Notes: generated from the letters alone by a model not told the origin. A stretch of 64,000 bases of DNA from Dehalococcoidia bacterium (GCA_040902195.1 JBBDXS010000019.1:213969-277968), one strand, 5' to 3'. Shown: positions 1 through 9,131, counted from the first letter of the stretch. Translations and numbers: made by a program.

Positions 1-365
1 GGCGCGTACGTCCCGTTGTCCCACACGATGACCTGTCCAGCGCCGTAGCGCCCCTTCGGGATCACGCCCTCGAACGAGGCGTAGTCCATCGGGTGGTCCT
101 CGACCATGACGGCGAGATGCTTCTCTTGCGGATCGAGCGAGGGGCCCTTGGGGACAGACCAGGACTTGAGGACGCCATCGACCTCCAGCCGGAAGTCATA
201 GTGCAGGCGCGAGGCGTCGTGCTTCTGGATGACGAACGTCAGCGGCCCCTTGCCGCCGCGCTTCGTCGAGGGAGGCGGCTCAGGCGTCTGCTCGAAGTCG
301 CGCTTCTTGTCGTACTCTTCGAGCGGCTTCTTAGGGGAACGTGGCGATGCGTTGGCGCGGGGCAT
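1..365 (-). CDS. LigD 3'-phosphoesterase (PE) domain protein, N-terminal fragment; gene continues beyond window start
   Basis: Absent from the ORF track because there is no in-window stop. Reverse complement from the ATG at 365 reads [69 protein letters not shown], which contains the [15 protein letters not shown] / VLKSWAVPKGPS signature of LigD phosphoesterase modules. Lies 12 nt downstream of ku. Confidence 0.75.
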   Translation of the reverse strand, partial: MPRANASPRSPKKPLEEYDKKRDFEQTPEPPPSTKRGGKGPLTFVIQKHDASRLHYDFRLEVDGVLKSWSVPKGPSLDPQEKHLAVMVEDHPMDYASFEGVIPKGRYGAGQVIVWDNGTYA

Positions 366-377
366 TGCGCCGCGACG

Positions 378-1229
378 TTATCCCGCGGCGGCCTTGCGGC
401 GGCGCGTCGTGCTCGACTGGCCGTTGCTCGCAGCGCGCCGCGATCGTGTCGGGGCCTTCTGCTGCTTCTTCGCCGTCTCGACGCTCTTTTTGAGCGCCGA
501 CATGAGGTCGACGATTTTGCCGCGCGGCGCCGCCGGCGCTTCGACGATCTCCGCGCCCTGCAGCTTCGCCTCGATGACCTGCATCAGCGCCTCGCGGTAG
601 TCGTCGTGGTACTCCTCCGGCTGGAACTCCTCCAGCATGAGGTCGACCAGCGACGACGCCATGTCTTCTTCCTTGCTGGAGACCTTCACGTCGGGAAGGT
701 CGAGACCTTTCTGGACGCGGATCTCGTCCGGGAAGTAGAGCGTTTCGAGCATGAGCGTGCCATCGTAGGCGCGCAGCGCGCAGAGGCGCTCTTTGTTGCG
801 GATCGCGATCTTGGCTACCGCCGTGAGGCCGCGCTTGGTCAGGACGCGCATCAGCAAGACGAACGGCTTTAACCCCTTCTCGTCCGGCTCTAGGTAGTAG
901 CCCTTTTCGTAGAAGATCGGGTCGATGTCGTCCATCTTCACGAAGCCGGCTAGGTCAATGGTGTGCTTGCTGGGGAGCGGCAGGTTCTCGAAGTCCTCTT
1001 CCGAAAGGACAACGTACTCGTCCTTCGCGTATTCGTAGCCGCGCTGGATATCGTCGTAGGCCACCTCGCGCTCGTGCACGGGGCACCAGCGGAGCTGCTT
1101 GATCCGGCTGCCGCAGTCCTTATGGAGCTGGTTGAACGAGATGTCTTTGCTCTCGGTAGCCGTGTAGAGCTTCACCGGGATGCTCACCATCCCGAAGCTG
1201 ATGACACCGTTCCAGATCGACCTCGGCAT
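378..1229 (-). CDS. ku: Ku DNA end-binding protein (NHEJ)
   Basis: 283 aa. N-terminus MPRSIWNGVISFGMVSIPVKLYTA matches the bacterial Ku core; basic K/R-rich C-terminal tail. Confidence 0.93.
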   Translation of the reverse strand: MPRSIWNGVISFGMVSIPVKLYTATESKDISFNQLHKDCGSRIKQLRWCPVHEREVAYDDIQRGYEYAKDEYVVLSEEDFENLPLPSKHTIDLAGFVKMDDIDPIFYEKGYYLEPDEKGLKPFVLLMRVLTKRGLTAVAKIAIRNKERLCALRAYDGTLMLETLYFPDEIRVQKGLDLPDVKVSSKEEDMASSLVDLMLEEFQPEEYHDDYREALMQVIEAKLQGAEIVEAPAAPRGKIVDLMSALKKSVETAKKQQKAPTRSRRAASNGQSSTTRRRKAAAG

Positions 1230-1382
1230 GCCCTGCCATCCTTTCCGTTCGGGAACCCTTCAGGGACAGCCTTCACTCCGCTTGGAGGCCTGCACCGGCC
1301 CTCCCCAGGCCGCGGGGGTAAGGGAAAGGTTACCGATTATGCGATTACCGGTCAACAGAATGGTCGGCGGTGAGCGCGCCGC

Positions 1383-2459
1383 CTACAGCACAGGCGCAAG
1401 GGGCTCGCGCAAGCACTCCTCCGGCGGTACATCTGGCCTGGGCGCCACGAAGACGGGGAAGCGCAGCACGCCGGCTGGCGTCCACGCGCTGAAACGGACG
1501 TGGCAGGCCAGCTCAGGCTGGCACCAGTAGAAGAAGCGCTGGACTGCGGGCGGCGCGCCAAAGGGCGCGCGCTCGGTATGGAGGGGCGTGAGCATCTCGA
1601 GAAGCTGACGAGCCTCCTTGTCGCTGCAGCCGATACTGACCTCCCCTACGAAGTGAAGCTGGCCTCGATCGTATGCTCCGAGCAGGATCGTCGAGATCAG
1701 GTCCTTCTTGCGGAGCCCGCCTCCGAACGTATAGCCGCCGATCACGAAGTCATCGCTCTGGGCGGCCCGGATTTCCTGCCAGCTAATCGAACGCTCGCCG
1801 GGCAGGTAGTGGCTGTGCTTGTCCTTCGCGACGACGCCCTCAAGGCGATAGCTCGCAGCGGCTTCGAAAAAGGCTATGCCTTCCTCACGCACGAAGTCGG
1901 CTGCCTGAATGTAGCGATTCGGCCCGATCCGCTCGTGGAGCAGGTTGCGCCGCTCGTAGAGCGGACGCTTCAGCAGCCACGAGCGGTCCAGCTCCAGAAG
2001 GTCGAAGACCTGGTAGGTCACGGTCGAGCGCGGCGGCCGGCGGACCGCATCGTTGTCGGGCTGGAGGAGGCGGCCCCGCAGCAGCTCGACGTCCGGTAGC
2101 GCTTCGGCGCCCCACGCGATGATCTCGCCGTCGATGACGGCGTGCTTCGCGGTGACGCAGCGCGCGAGCGACTGCAGCTCGGGATAGTGAGCCGTAAGAT
2201 CGCGCAGGTTGCGTCCGTGCAGGCGCACGTCGTCGCCGTCGATGACGGCGATCGCGCGCACACCGCCCCACTTCACTTCGTAGATGTGGTCGGGCGAGTC
2301 GAACGGCTCATCGATGACGACGGGGAGCATCGGACGCAGCTCGTGGGGAGCAGGCTTCGCCTGCGTGGGCGGACGGTTGCTGCGTGCGGGCGACCTTCTG
2401 GTCATAACGCGTCCATGCGAGGACACGTAGAGCGTATGTCCGTCTGGTGCTGGCGTCAA
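1383..2459 (-). CDS. ATP-dependent DNA ligase (LigD/LigC-like ligase domain, stand-alone)
   Basis: 358 aa. Motif I region YEVKWGGVRA, motif III YQVFDLLELD, motif IV LEGVVAKD, C-terminal OB/motif VI VLRFPVFVAPRPD. The TTG at 2459 overlaps the DUF72 stop (TTGA); alternative ATG starts lie at 2405 and 2330. Confidence 0.82.
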   Translation of the reverse strand: MTPAPDGHTLYVSSHGRVMTRRSPARSNRPPTQAKPAPHELRPMLPVVIDEPFDSPDHIYEVKWGGVRAIAVIDGDDVRLHGRNLRDLTAHYPELQSLARCVTAKHAVIDGEIIAWGAEALPDVELLRGRLLQPDNDAVRRPPRSTVTYQVFDLLELDRSWLLKRPLYERRNLLHERIGPNRYIQAADFVREEGIAFFEAAASYRLEGVVAKDKHSHYLPGERSISWQEIRAAQSDDFVIGGYTFGGGLRKKDLISTILLGAYDRGQLHFVGEVSIGCSDKEARQLLEMLTPLHTERAPFGAPPAVQRFFYWCQPELACHVRFSAWTPAGVLRFPVFVAPRPDVPPEECLREPLAPVL

Positions 2460-3367
2460 GCGCCCTTCACACCGAGCAGCTTCTGCAGCCTCGCCGCGTT
2501 TACCACGCCCTGGTCTTCAAGCTTCGTGTTGAACATAAGAAAGACGTCGTCGGCCTCCGCGGCGAGCTGGCCGATGCGCGGCAGCCACTCCGATAGCTCG
2601 TCGTCCGTGTAGAGCCAGTTCAGCTTTTCTTGGGTCGATGCTGTCTTGTCGTCCCATCGTTCGGCGTTGCGCCCGCGAAAGCGCACCGACGCAACGGGCG
2701 CTGTTACGGCAACGATCGGCGGAAAGCTTGTCTTGAGCTCCTGCGGCTCATCGACGCAGACGAAGCCGCACTTCAACTCGCGCAGGAGATCGAACGTCGA
2801 TGCCGCGCTCTCATCGTCGGAGACCCAGAGAGCGTTCCGGAACTCGACGATGACCGGGTCGTCCGCCAGACGCTCGCGCGCGTGTGCGATGAACTCGCGA
2901 TTCGCCTTCGACGGCACGAACCACGGCGGGAAGTCGAGCAACACCGCGCCCAGCTTGTCCTCGTCGCGGAGCGGCTGCAGCGCGCGGCGGAAGATCTGCC
3001 ACAGCTCCTCGCTGACCTCTGGGGGGATGTCCTTGTAGTAGACGCGCGCCTTCTTTTGGACGTCCGGCGGCAGCGATTCGTGGAAGCTCTTGGGGATGGA
3101 GGAGAAGCGCGTCGGGTGCTGGCTGAACAGCGCGAACACCTTGACGTTGAATCGAAAGCCCTCGGGCACCGCGCTGCCCCAACGCTCCATGTTTTTGTGC
3201 GACGGCATCGCGTAGTACGTGCTGTCGATCTCGGCCGTGCTGTACCGCTCGCCGTAGAAGGCGAGGCGTTCGGGCGTGTCCTTGAGCTCGGGCGGGTAGA
3301 AGCGCCCGCAATTGACGAGCGACTTTTCAGCCCACGATGACGTGCCGATGAAGAAGCGCGCTGCCAT
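2456..3367 (-). CDS. DUF72 (UPF0759) family protein
   Basis: True start is the internal ATG at 3367 (MAARFFIGTSSWAEK...), the typical DUF72 N-terminus. The upstream part of the 439-aa track ORF is non-coding leader. Confidence 0.82.
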   Translation of the reverse strand: MAARFFIGTSSWAEKSLVNCGRFYPPELKDTPERLAFYGERYSTAEIDSTYYAMPSHKNMERWGSAVPEGFRFNVKVFALFSQHPTRFSSIPKSFHESLPPDVQKKARVYYKDIPPEVSEELWQIFRRALQPLRDEDKLGAVLLDFPPWFVPSKANREFIAHARERLADDPVIVEFRNALWVSDDESAASTFDLLRELKCGFVCVDEPQELKTSFPPIVAVTAPVASVRFRGRNAERWDDKTASTQEKLNWLYTDDELSEWLPRIGQLAAEADDVFLMFNTKLEDQGVVNAARLQKLLGVKGA

Positions 3368-3550
3368 GGCCAGAAGGGAAGCGCGCTTTGCATGCGCTGT
3401 CAACTGTGCAGCGGCGCAGCCAGCGTTCGTTCCATAATGCGTATGTGCAACGCCGAACATACGCGAGAAAAAGAGCGGGTTCGCCTTTCGGGACCGGCGG
3501 TCGAGTGAGTGTGGCGGCTGTGCCAAGCGTCGCGACGGAACCTGGTAGGT

Positions 3551-3579
3551 TTGACAATTCTTTGCGTCAGCGCTAGCCT
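3551..3579 (+). promoter_or_regulatory. candidate sigma70-type promoter (TTGACA-N17-TAGCCT) driving the riboswitch leader and GT20 gene
   Basis: Perfect -35 hexamer TTGACA is rare in this GC-rich DNA; a weak -10 follows after a 17-nt spacer, about 15 nt upstream of the structured leader. Confidence 0.3.
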
Positions 3580-3594
3580 TATAGCAAGAAATCG

Positions 3595-3730
3595 AATATG
3601 GCCGAGTCCCGAAAGGGAACGGGGGAACCACCCGAATTTGGGGTGCATCCTTCCGGAGCGGAAGGAAGGGCAGTTCTTTCAGCCCTAACCCGACAGCTAA
3701 CCCCGTAGGCCACTGGAAGAAGAGGTGATC
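3595..3730 (+). ncRNA. ydaO/kimA-class (c-di-AMP) riboswitch-like 5' leader
   Basis: Contains GAACGGGGGAACC ... GGGGUGCAUCC ... ACCCGACAGCUAACCCCGUAGGC. These closely resemble the conserved ydaO elements (CGGGGGA-CC, GGGGUGAAUCC, CCCGACAGCUAACCUCGUAAGC, recalled from B. subtilis ydaO). A 5' UCCCGAAAGGGA hairpin is also present. The leader sits in a 558-nt intergenic region about 195 nt upstream of the GT20 start. Confidence 0.5.
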
Positions 3731-3924
3731 GTGAGCACCATCGGGTCGGCGTAGCCGCGTCGGCCCCTTTGTCATCTTGCAGATGACGTTCCGCGGCTGT
3801 TCGCTGGCGAAGGCGGCAGTTCGCTCAACAATCGAAATCTAAACGACTAATGCGGTTCCCGGCCGGGAGGCAGCTTCGAGTCTGTATGGCAGCGCTTTGG
3901 GCTCATGAGAACCAGGAGGCTTAG

Positions 3925-5478
3925 GTGTCAGGACGAACGAACGACCGCGCTTCCGAGAACGCTTCCGCGAATCAGAAGCTGAGCGGCCCGCAATCCAGCC
4001 GCAGGCTGATCTTGGTCAGCAACCGCGGCCCTGTCGAGCATCGCACGAACGAGCGCGGCGACATAGAGCAAGTCTGTGCCAGCGGCGGCGTTGCGGCTGC
4101 GCTTAGCGCGCTCGCCCCGGGCCGGCCGATCACGTGGATAGCCGCCGCCACAGGCGCGCTCGATCGCGTGCTGGCGACGCAAGGGGAGCTACTTCCTCTC
4201 GATGACGGAAAGTACGTTCGCCTGATCGCTCCGCCGCGGGAGGTCTACGATCTCTTCTACGGCACATTCAGCAATCCGGTCCTCTGGTTTGTCCAACACG
4301 CGATGTACGATCGTTTGGAGATGGACGACGTTGATGCCGTCGCTGTCGACGCGTGGCAGCGCGGTTATTTGCCGGTGAACCAGATCTTCGCTGAGACCGT
4401 GATCGATGAGCTGGAGCGAAGCGGAAGCCGCGGGCGCGTCATGTTGCACGATTATCACCTGTACGCCGCGCCGCTCTTCATCCGGAACCGCCGGCCCGAC
4501 GCTGTGCTCCAGCACTTCGTGCACATTCCCTGGCCCCAGCCCGACGCATGGCGCGTCCTACGAACGCCCATCGTCCAGTCCATTTGCGAAGGCCTCCTCG
4601 CAAACGACAGCGTGGCGTTCCAGACACAAGCCTTCGCGCGCAATTTCATCGATACGTGCCGCGCGTACCTCACGGATTGTGAGGCGACGGCGGATCGGAT
4701 CACGCACGCCGGCCGCTCGACGCGCGTCTGGGCGAATCCTGTGTCCGTTGACATCTGGGACCTGCGCCGTCAGCTCGCGTTGCCTGAGGCAGAAGCATAT
4801 CGCTCCAAGCTCGCCGCACCGCCGGAGATGCGCACGATCGTCCGCGTCGACCGGCTCGATCCGAGCAAGAACGTAGCGACAGGCTTCCGTGCCTTCGGCC
4901 GGCTGCTCGAATCGCACCCGGAGTGGGTGGGCAAGGTGCGCTTCCTGTCGTTCCTCGTGCCGTCGCGCACCGGCGTCGCGGAGTATCGCCGGTACAAGGA
5001 CGAAGTCTTCGCCGCTGCCGGGGAAGTAAACGCACGTTTTGCCACGCCGGATTGGCAGCCGGTCGCCATCTATTACGAACACAACCGCCTCCAAGCGCTC
5101 GTCGCCATGAGTCTCTACGACGTGCTGCTTGTCAATCCTCTCATCGATGGCATGAATCTGGTCTCCAAGGAAGGCCCGGCCGTGAACGCCAGGAACGGCG
5201 CCCTCGTGCTGTCCGAGACAACCGGTGCGTTCGAGGAGCTGCGTGCGGGAGCGATCCCGGTGCTGCCGCACGATATCGCCGGCACCGCCGCCGCGCTCGA
5301 TCGCGCACTCAGGCTTCCGGCGGAGGAGCGGCGCGAGTGCACGCGACTGCTGCGTGAGGCTATCGTGCGCCACGATCTGCGTCGCTGGTTCCGTCTGCTG
5401 CTCGAGGACCTCGACGCCATGTCGGAAGATGAGCCGCAAGCGAGCGGCCCCGCTCGCGAGGCGCTGCGCACGGGCTAG
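3925..5478 (+). CDS. otsA: GT20 family alpha,alpha-trehalose-phosphate synthase (OtsA-like; glucosylglycerol-phosphate synthase not excluded)
   Basis: 517 aa. LILVSNRGP, MLHDYHLY and a C-terminal UDP-binding region typical of GT20. GTG start preceded by AGGAGG with a 6-nt spacer. Confidence 0.85.
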   Translation: MSGRTNDRASENASANQKLSGPQSSRRLILVSNRGPVEHRTNERGDIEQVCASGGVAAALSALAPGRPITWIAAATGALDRVLATQGELLPLDDGKYVRLIAPPREVYDLFYGTFSNPVLWFVQHAMYDRLEMDDVDAVAVDAWQRGYLPVNQIFAETVIDELERSGSRGRVMLHDYHLYAAPLFIRNRRPDAVLQHFVHIPWPQPDAWRVLRTPIVQSICEGLLANDSVAFQTQAFARNFIDTCRAYLTDCEATADRITHAGRSTRVWANPVSVDIWDLRRQLALPEAEAYRSKLAAPPEMRTIVRVDRLDPSKNVATGFRAFGRLLESHPEWVGKVRFLSFLVPSRTGVAEYRRYKDEVFAAAGEVNARFATPDWQPVAIYYEHNRLQALVAMSLYDVLLVNPLIDGMNLVSKEGPAVNARNGALVLSETTGAFEELRAGAIPVLPHDIAGTAAALDRALRLPAEERRECTRLLREAIVRHDLRRWFRLLLEDLDAMSEDEPQASGPAREALRTG

Positions 5479-5498
5479 GCCCAACCTCCGGCATCTCC

Positions 5499-5529
5499 AG
5501 GGCTGCGGGCGATGGACGTCTGCAGCCCT
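5499..5529 (+). terminator. stem-loop (AGGGCTGC...GCAGCCCT, 8-bp stem) 20 nt after the otsA stop
   Basis: Perfect 8-bp inverted repeat with a 15-nt loop followed by TCTTCGTG; the loop is long for an intrinsic terminator. Confidence 0.3.
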
Positions 5530-5970
5530 TCTTCGTGCCCAAAGTTATCGCTCCGTTAACGAGCGTCAATCTTGCCTTAACGTCGCCTGTGTACCTTGGA
5601 ACTGTGAGGAGCCTCGTCGACCGTACGTCACGCAGAGGGTCCGCGGTCGATCCACGACACAGCATCGGGCTGAGCGCCGGAACACGAGCGGGTATTGTCT
5701 GGGGAACGCAGGACCGTCACCTCGTTGCTAACCTCCGTTCTGGCGCTCTGCCGGATGCTGCGGACTCATCGTTGATTGGCGCTCGACCTTGGGCGCGCCT
5801 CCTCAACCGCTTCGGCCGGGCGATGGAATGGCTGGCCCGCTACCCCCTCTACAGCATCGATGGTGAGATGCCACTTCCCGTCCGGCCGCACGACGAGCAC
5901 GTAGTGGAGCGTTAGATCCACATCCCGTATAGTCTGCACAGTGCCGTGAGGGCAGGCAGATATACGTTAG

Positions 5971-6813
5971 ATGGCGCTCGATCTCCTTAAGGCCGCAATT
6001 CTCGGCATCGTGCAAGGGCTGACCGAGTTCCTGCCGGTGTCGTCCACCGGACACCTCATTCTCGTCGAGAAGCTGTTGCGCGTCGATCAGGACCGCTACG
6101 GTCTCTCGTTCGATGCGGCATTGCACCTCGGCACGCTGGCGGCGCTACTTGTCTACTTCGGTCGTTCGTGGCTGGAGCTCATTGCCGGCTGGTTTCGCAC
6201 GATCGCCCAACGGTCGCTCGCCGACCCCGACGGGCGTATCGCATGGCTCATCATCCTCGGGACGATCCCGGCCGCTGCGATCGGTTTCGTGTTCGAAAGC
6301 CAGGTTGAGCACGCGTTTCGGAAGCCGGCGCTGGTCGGCGCGATGCTCATCGCCTTTAGCGCCGTGTTCTTCCTCGCCGAGGCAGCGGGCCGCCGAACGC
6401 GCAGCCGCGCCGGCCTGACCCCCGTCGATGCGCTCCTTATTGGGGGCGCGCAAGCGATCGCGCTCGTGCCCGGCGTCTCGCGATCCGGCGCGACGATCAG
6501 CATGGGCCTCTTTCGTAATTTCGAACGCGTTGAGGCGGCATCGTTCGCGTTCCTGCTCTCTGCGCCGATTATTGCCGGCGCGGGGCTGAAGAAAGCCTAT
6601 GACGTTGTCGGTGAGTTTCGCGATGGCACGTTGGGTGGCGCGGACGCGGCGTTCTTCGCCGTAGGCGCCGCGTGCGCCGCCATCGTCGGCTATATCAGCA
6701 TTGCGTTCCTGTTGCGCTTCCTCTCGACGAACAGCCTGCGGCCGTTCGCCTACTACCGTATCGCTTTGGGCGTGGGCGTGCTCGCGGTTGTTGGTGGGCA
6801 GGCGCTGTTCTAG
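5971..6813 (+). CDS. uppP: undecaprenyl-diphosphatase UppP (BacA)
   Basis: 280 aa polytopic membrane protein; GLTEFLPVSSTGHL and PGVSRSGATI signatures. Confidence 0.9.
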   Translation: MALDLLKAAILGIVQGLTEFLPVSSTGHLILVEKLLRVDQDRYGLSFDAALHLGTLAALLVYFGRSWLELIAGWFRTIAQRSLADPDGRIAWLIILGTIPAAAIGFVFESQVEHAFRKPALVGAMLIAFSAVFFLAEAAGRRTRSRAGLTPVDALLIGGAQAIALVPGVSRSGATISMGLFRNFERVEAASFAFLLSAPIIAGAGLKKAYDVVGEFRDGTLGGADAAFFAVGAACAAIVGYISIAFLLRFLSTNSLRPFAYYRIALGVGVLAVVGGQALF

Positions 6814-9131
6814 CGAAAGCGGACGGTCAGCGTCTTCGTTGCATCGAGCGTGAACGCGAAGCGGAGTACGCGCCCGTTTCGCTTCGGCGCTATCGACTCG
6901 CCATCGAGCGTCGCGCCGGCGAGTCGATAGGCCGCAGGCGCGTGTACGAAGACCGCACCGTCCTTCTTCGCGACCGGAGTGAGCGCCACACGCAGCGTCT
7001 TGCGTCGCGCGTCGTACGAGACGCGTTCGATCTCGCGGCCGCCCATCGATACGTGGAACGTCGTTGCGATGAGCTGCGGGCGGGCGACCGCGCGTCGCAG
7101 CGCGAGCAGCCGTGCGCCGTGCGACGGCATGTCCTGTAAGTTGACGTGTTGCTCGCGCACGCCGTAGTGGCGCTCCTCCCATAGCTCGAAGACGTGCCAG
7201 CGGCCGCGCGGCAGCGGCACGCGCATCGATTGCCGCCGTCCTGTCCAGTTGAATGCGCCGAGGAGCCGCCACGAACCGAACGGCCGCGAGAGATCGACCT
7301 CCATCCGCGCCGGCATCGATACGTCCATCAGGTCCGGTACGACGGGCGCGTCGCCGATCGGCGGCAGCAGAAGCGAGACGATGTCGAGCCGCTTCGCTGA
7401 GAGTGTCGTGACGTTGTCGCTGAGCAGCACCATGCCGCCGGACAGGCCGATCGCCGTCGCCAGCGATTGTACTTCGGGCAGCGTGAGCTTCGTGCGGTCC
7501 TCGCGTACGAGCAGGCAGTCGGGGTCGTTGGCCCACAGGCGCCCGTGCATCCAGGAGCGCGTGAACACGTTGCGCAGCGCATTCTCCATGCTCGGTTCGC
7601 CGCCTGCGCGCGGTCGTCCGGGGCGTTTCGGCGGCAGCGGGCGGTTGAATCGCCACCACGGTGCGACGTCCGGGCCGATGCGCTGTCCGTCGACGATGCC
7701 GGCCGATGCCCCCATCAGCGCGCCGCAGCCAAGCACGAACCGCTTGCCAACCGACGCGCGGATCGCGCGCAAGCCGCGTCGATACGCTTCGATGCGGGAC
7801 GCTGACGCGTCGCACCGCCGTCCCGCGAGCGCGCCGCCGTAGAGGAAATCGATCTTCACGTAGTCGTACGTCCAGTCACGCGTCACTGTGCGGAACAGGT
7901 CGCGCAGCCACGCCTCGGCGTCGGGATGCGTGCAATCGAGTCCGTAGCAATCCGAACCCCAGTTATGCAGCGCGAGGGCCGGCCCGCCCTGCTCGCTGTG
8001 GACCATCCAGTCGGGATGCTCGGCGTAGAGCTGTGACGTTTTGCTGGCGATGAACGGCGCGAGCCAGAGGCCGGGTTTGAATCCGGCATCGCGGATCGCT
8101 TCCGCAAGTGAGCGCATGCCGTTCGGGAACTTCTCGTTGGTCGTCGTCCAGTCGCCGATGTCCGCCTGGTAGCCGTCATCGATCTGCACGTAGTCGAATG
8201 GTAAGCGGTCGCGCAGCCCGCGCAGCCGGTCAAGGTTCGCGAGGATGTCGGCTTCCGTAACGTTCGTGAAGTAGTAGTACCAGGAGCACCAGCCTGTCGG
8301 GACCTCGCGCGGCACGCGAGCGCCCATCTCGCGGCCGAGCGCGCCGGCATAGCGCGCGAGCGCGGCCGGTACGTCGTCAGTCAGCTCAATGAGCAATCGC
8401 TCCGACCACAACGTCTCGCCGGGCGCGACCGTCGCGCCGTCCGCGAACGCGACGGCATCGAGCGCCTGGCGGGACGCGTCGACCCGCACCTGTGTCCACT
8501 GTCGATGCGCCGTTACGAAGCCGAGGACGGCGGAGCGGCCTGTGACGGGATCGCTGATCGCGGTGAACTCCTCCGACGCGAACGCCCCGCGGCCGTCCGG
8601 CACGTCGGCGGGCGCGTGCACGGGCGGCCGCACGTCGATGTCGCGTTGCGCGCCCGCAAGCGAAAGCGTCGGCGTCCACGACTGCCAGCCGTGCCGTAAG
8701 AAGCGCAATTGCGCCGGCGGCGACTCGAACGCGAGCGAATGCGTCGTGAGCGGCACGAACCGTCGAATGCGCCGCGCCGTACGGCCCGTGTTCTCCACGC
8801 CGACGCGCAACAGCACGAACGGCTGCTCGTCGTATGCGCACACGTCGAGATGTAGTCGCGCGCCCTCGATTGCGTCCGTCGCCAGAAAGACGCGAGTGCC
8901 GCGGCCGTGTGCGTCATCGACAAGCCTCGGACGGTCCTCCGCCCTCCAACCAGACGCAGCGGACGAGACCGTAGCGCCGCCCTCGAACTCCACCAGCGCC
9001 GTCGCTTTCGCGATCGGACGCCAGCGGCCCCACGAAACGTCTGCCGCGCCGTCGCGGAGCGACACGCGCACGCGCGTGCGGCCGGCCGCGACCGTGACCT
9101 CGTCCGAAGAAAGATCGACCTCTGCGCGCAC
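6810..9131 (-). CDS. alpha-galactosidase, GH36 family
   Basis: 773 aa. GWCSWYYYF, DYVQIDDGYQ, YVKIDFLY catalytic-region motifs. GTG start 1 nt after the galK stop. Confidence 0.85.
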   Translation of the reverse strand: MRAEVDLSSDEVTVAAGRTRVRVSLRDGAADVSWGRWRPIAKATALVEFEGGATVSSAASGWRAEDRPRLVDDAHGRGTRVFLATDAIEGARLHLDVCAYDEQPFVLLRVGVENTGRTARRIRRFVPLTTHSLAFESPPAQLRFLRHGWQSWTPTLSLAGAQRDIDVRPPVHAPADVPDGRGAFASEEFTAISDPVTGRSAVLGFVTAHRQWTQVRVDASRQALDAVAFADGATVAPGETLWSERLLIELTDDVPAALARYAGALGREMGARVPREVPTGWCSWYYYFTNVTEADILANLDRLRGLRDRLPFDYVQIDDGYQADIGDWTTTNEKFPNGMRSLAEAIRDAGFKPGLWLAPFIASKTSQLYAEHPDWMVHSEQGGPALALHNWGSDCYGLDCTHPDAEAWLRDLFRTVTRDWTYDYVKIDFLYGGALAGRRCDASASRIEAYRRGLRAIRASVGKRFVLGCGALMGASAGIVDGQRIGPDVAPWWRFNRPLPPKRPGRPRAGGEPSMENALRNVFTRSWMHGRLWANDPDCLLVREDRTKLTLPEVQSLATAIGLSGGMVLLSDNVTTLSAKRLDIVSLLLPPIGDAPVVPDLMDVSMPARMEVDLSRPFGSWRLLGAFNWTGRRQSMRVPLPRGRWHVFELWEERHYGVREQHVNLQDMPSHGARLLALRRAVARPQLIATTFHVSMGGREIERVSYDARRKTLRVALTPVAKKDGAVFVHAPAAYRLAGATLDGESIAPKRNGRVLRFAFTLDATKTLTVRFR

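Noticed and set aside
93-872. 259-aa plus-strand ORF (and 229..600) antisense to ku and the LigD-PE gene
   Set aside because: Lies opposite two strongly supported genes, is Arg/Leu/Ala-rich as expected for GC-rich antisense frames, and has no recognisable motif.
3660-3720. Cobalamin riboswitch, suggested by a GCCACTGG B12-box-like heptamer and AAGGGAA
   Set aside because: Order and spacing of the other B12 elements (GGUG-AA-UCC, CCCGCCACUG) do not fit, and there is no cobalamin-related gene downstream. The same region matches the ydaO/c-di-AMP pattern much better.
5535-5915. 126-aa plus-strand ORF as a protein-coding gene
   Set aside because: Third-codon-position GC is far below that of neighbouring genes (many AAA, GTT, TTA, AAT, CTT codons), there is no recognisable domain and no SD. 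Kept only as a curiosity in findings.
6145-7815. 556-aa minus ORF plus many other 100-300 aa ORFs nested in or antisense to the alpha-galactosidase, mfd, acyl-CoA synthetase and other genes
   Set aside because: These are typical long spurious frames of a ~68% GC genome (Arg/Ala/Pro/Gly-rich, no motifs), and they overlap well-supported genes.
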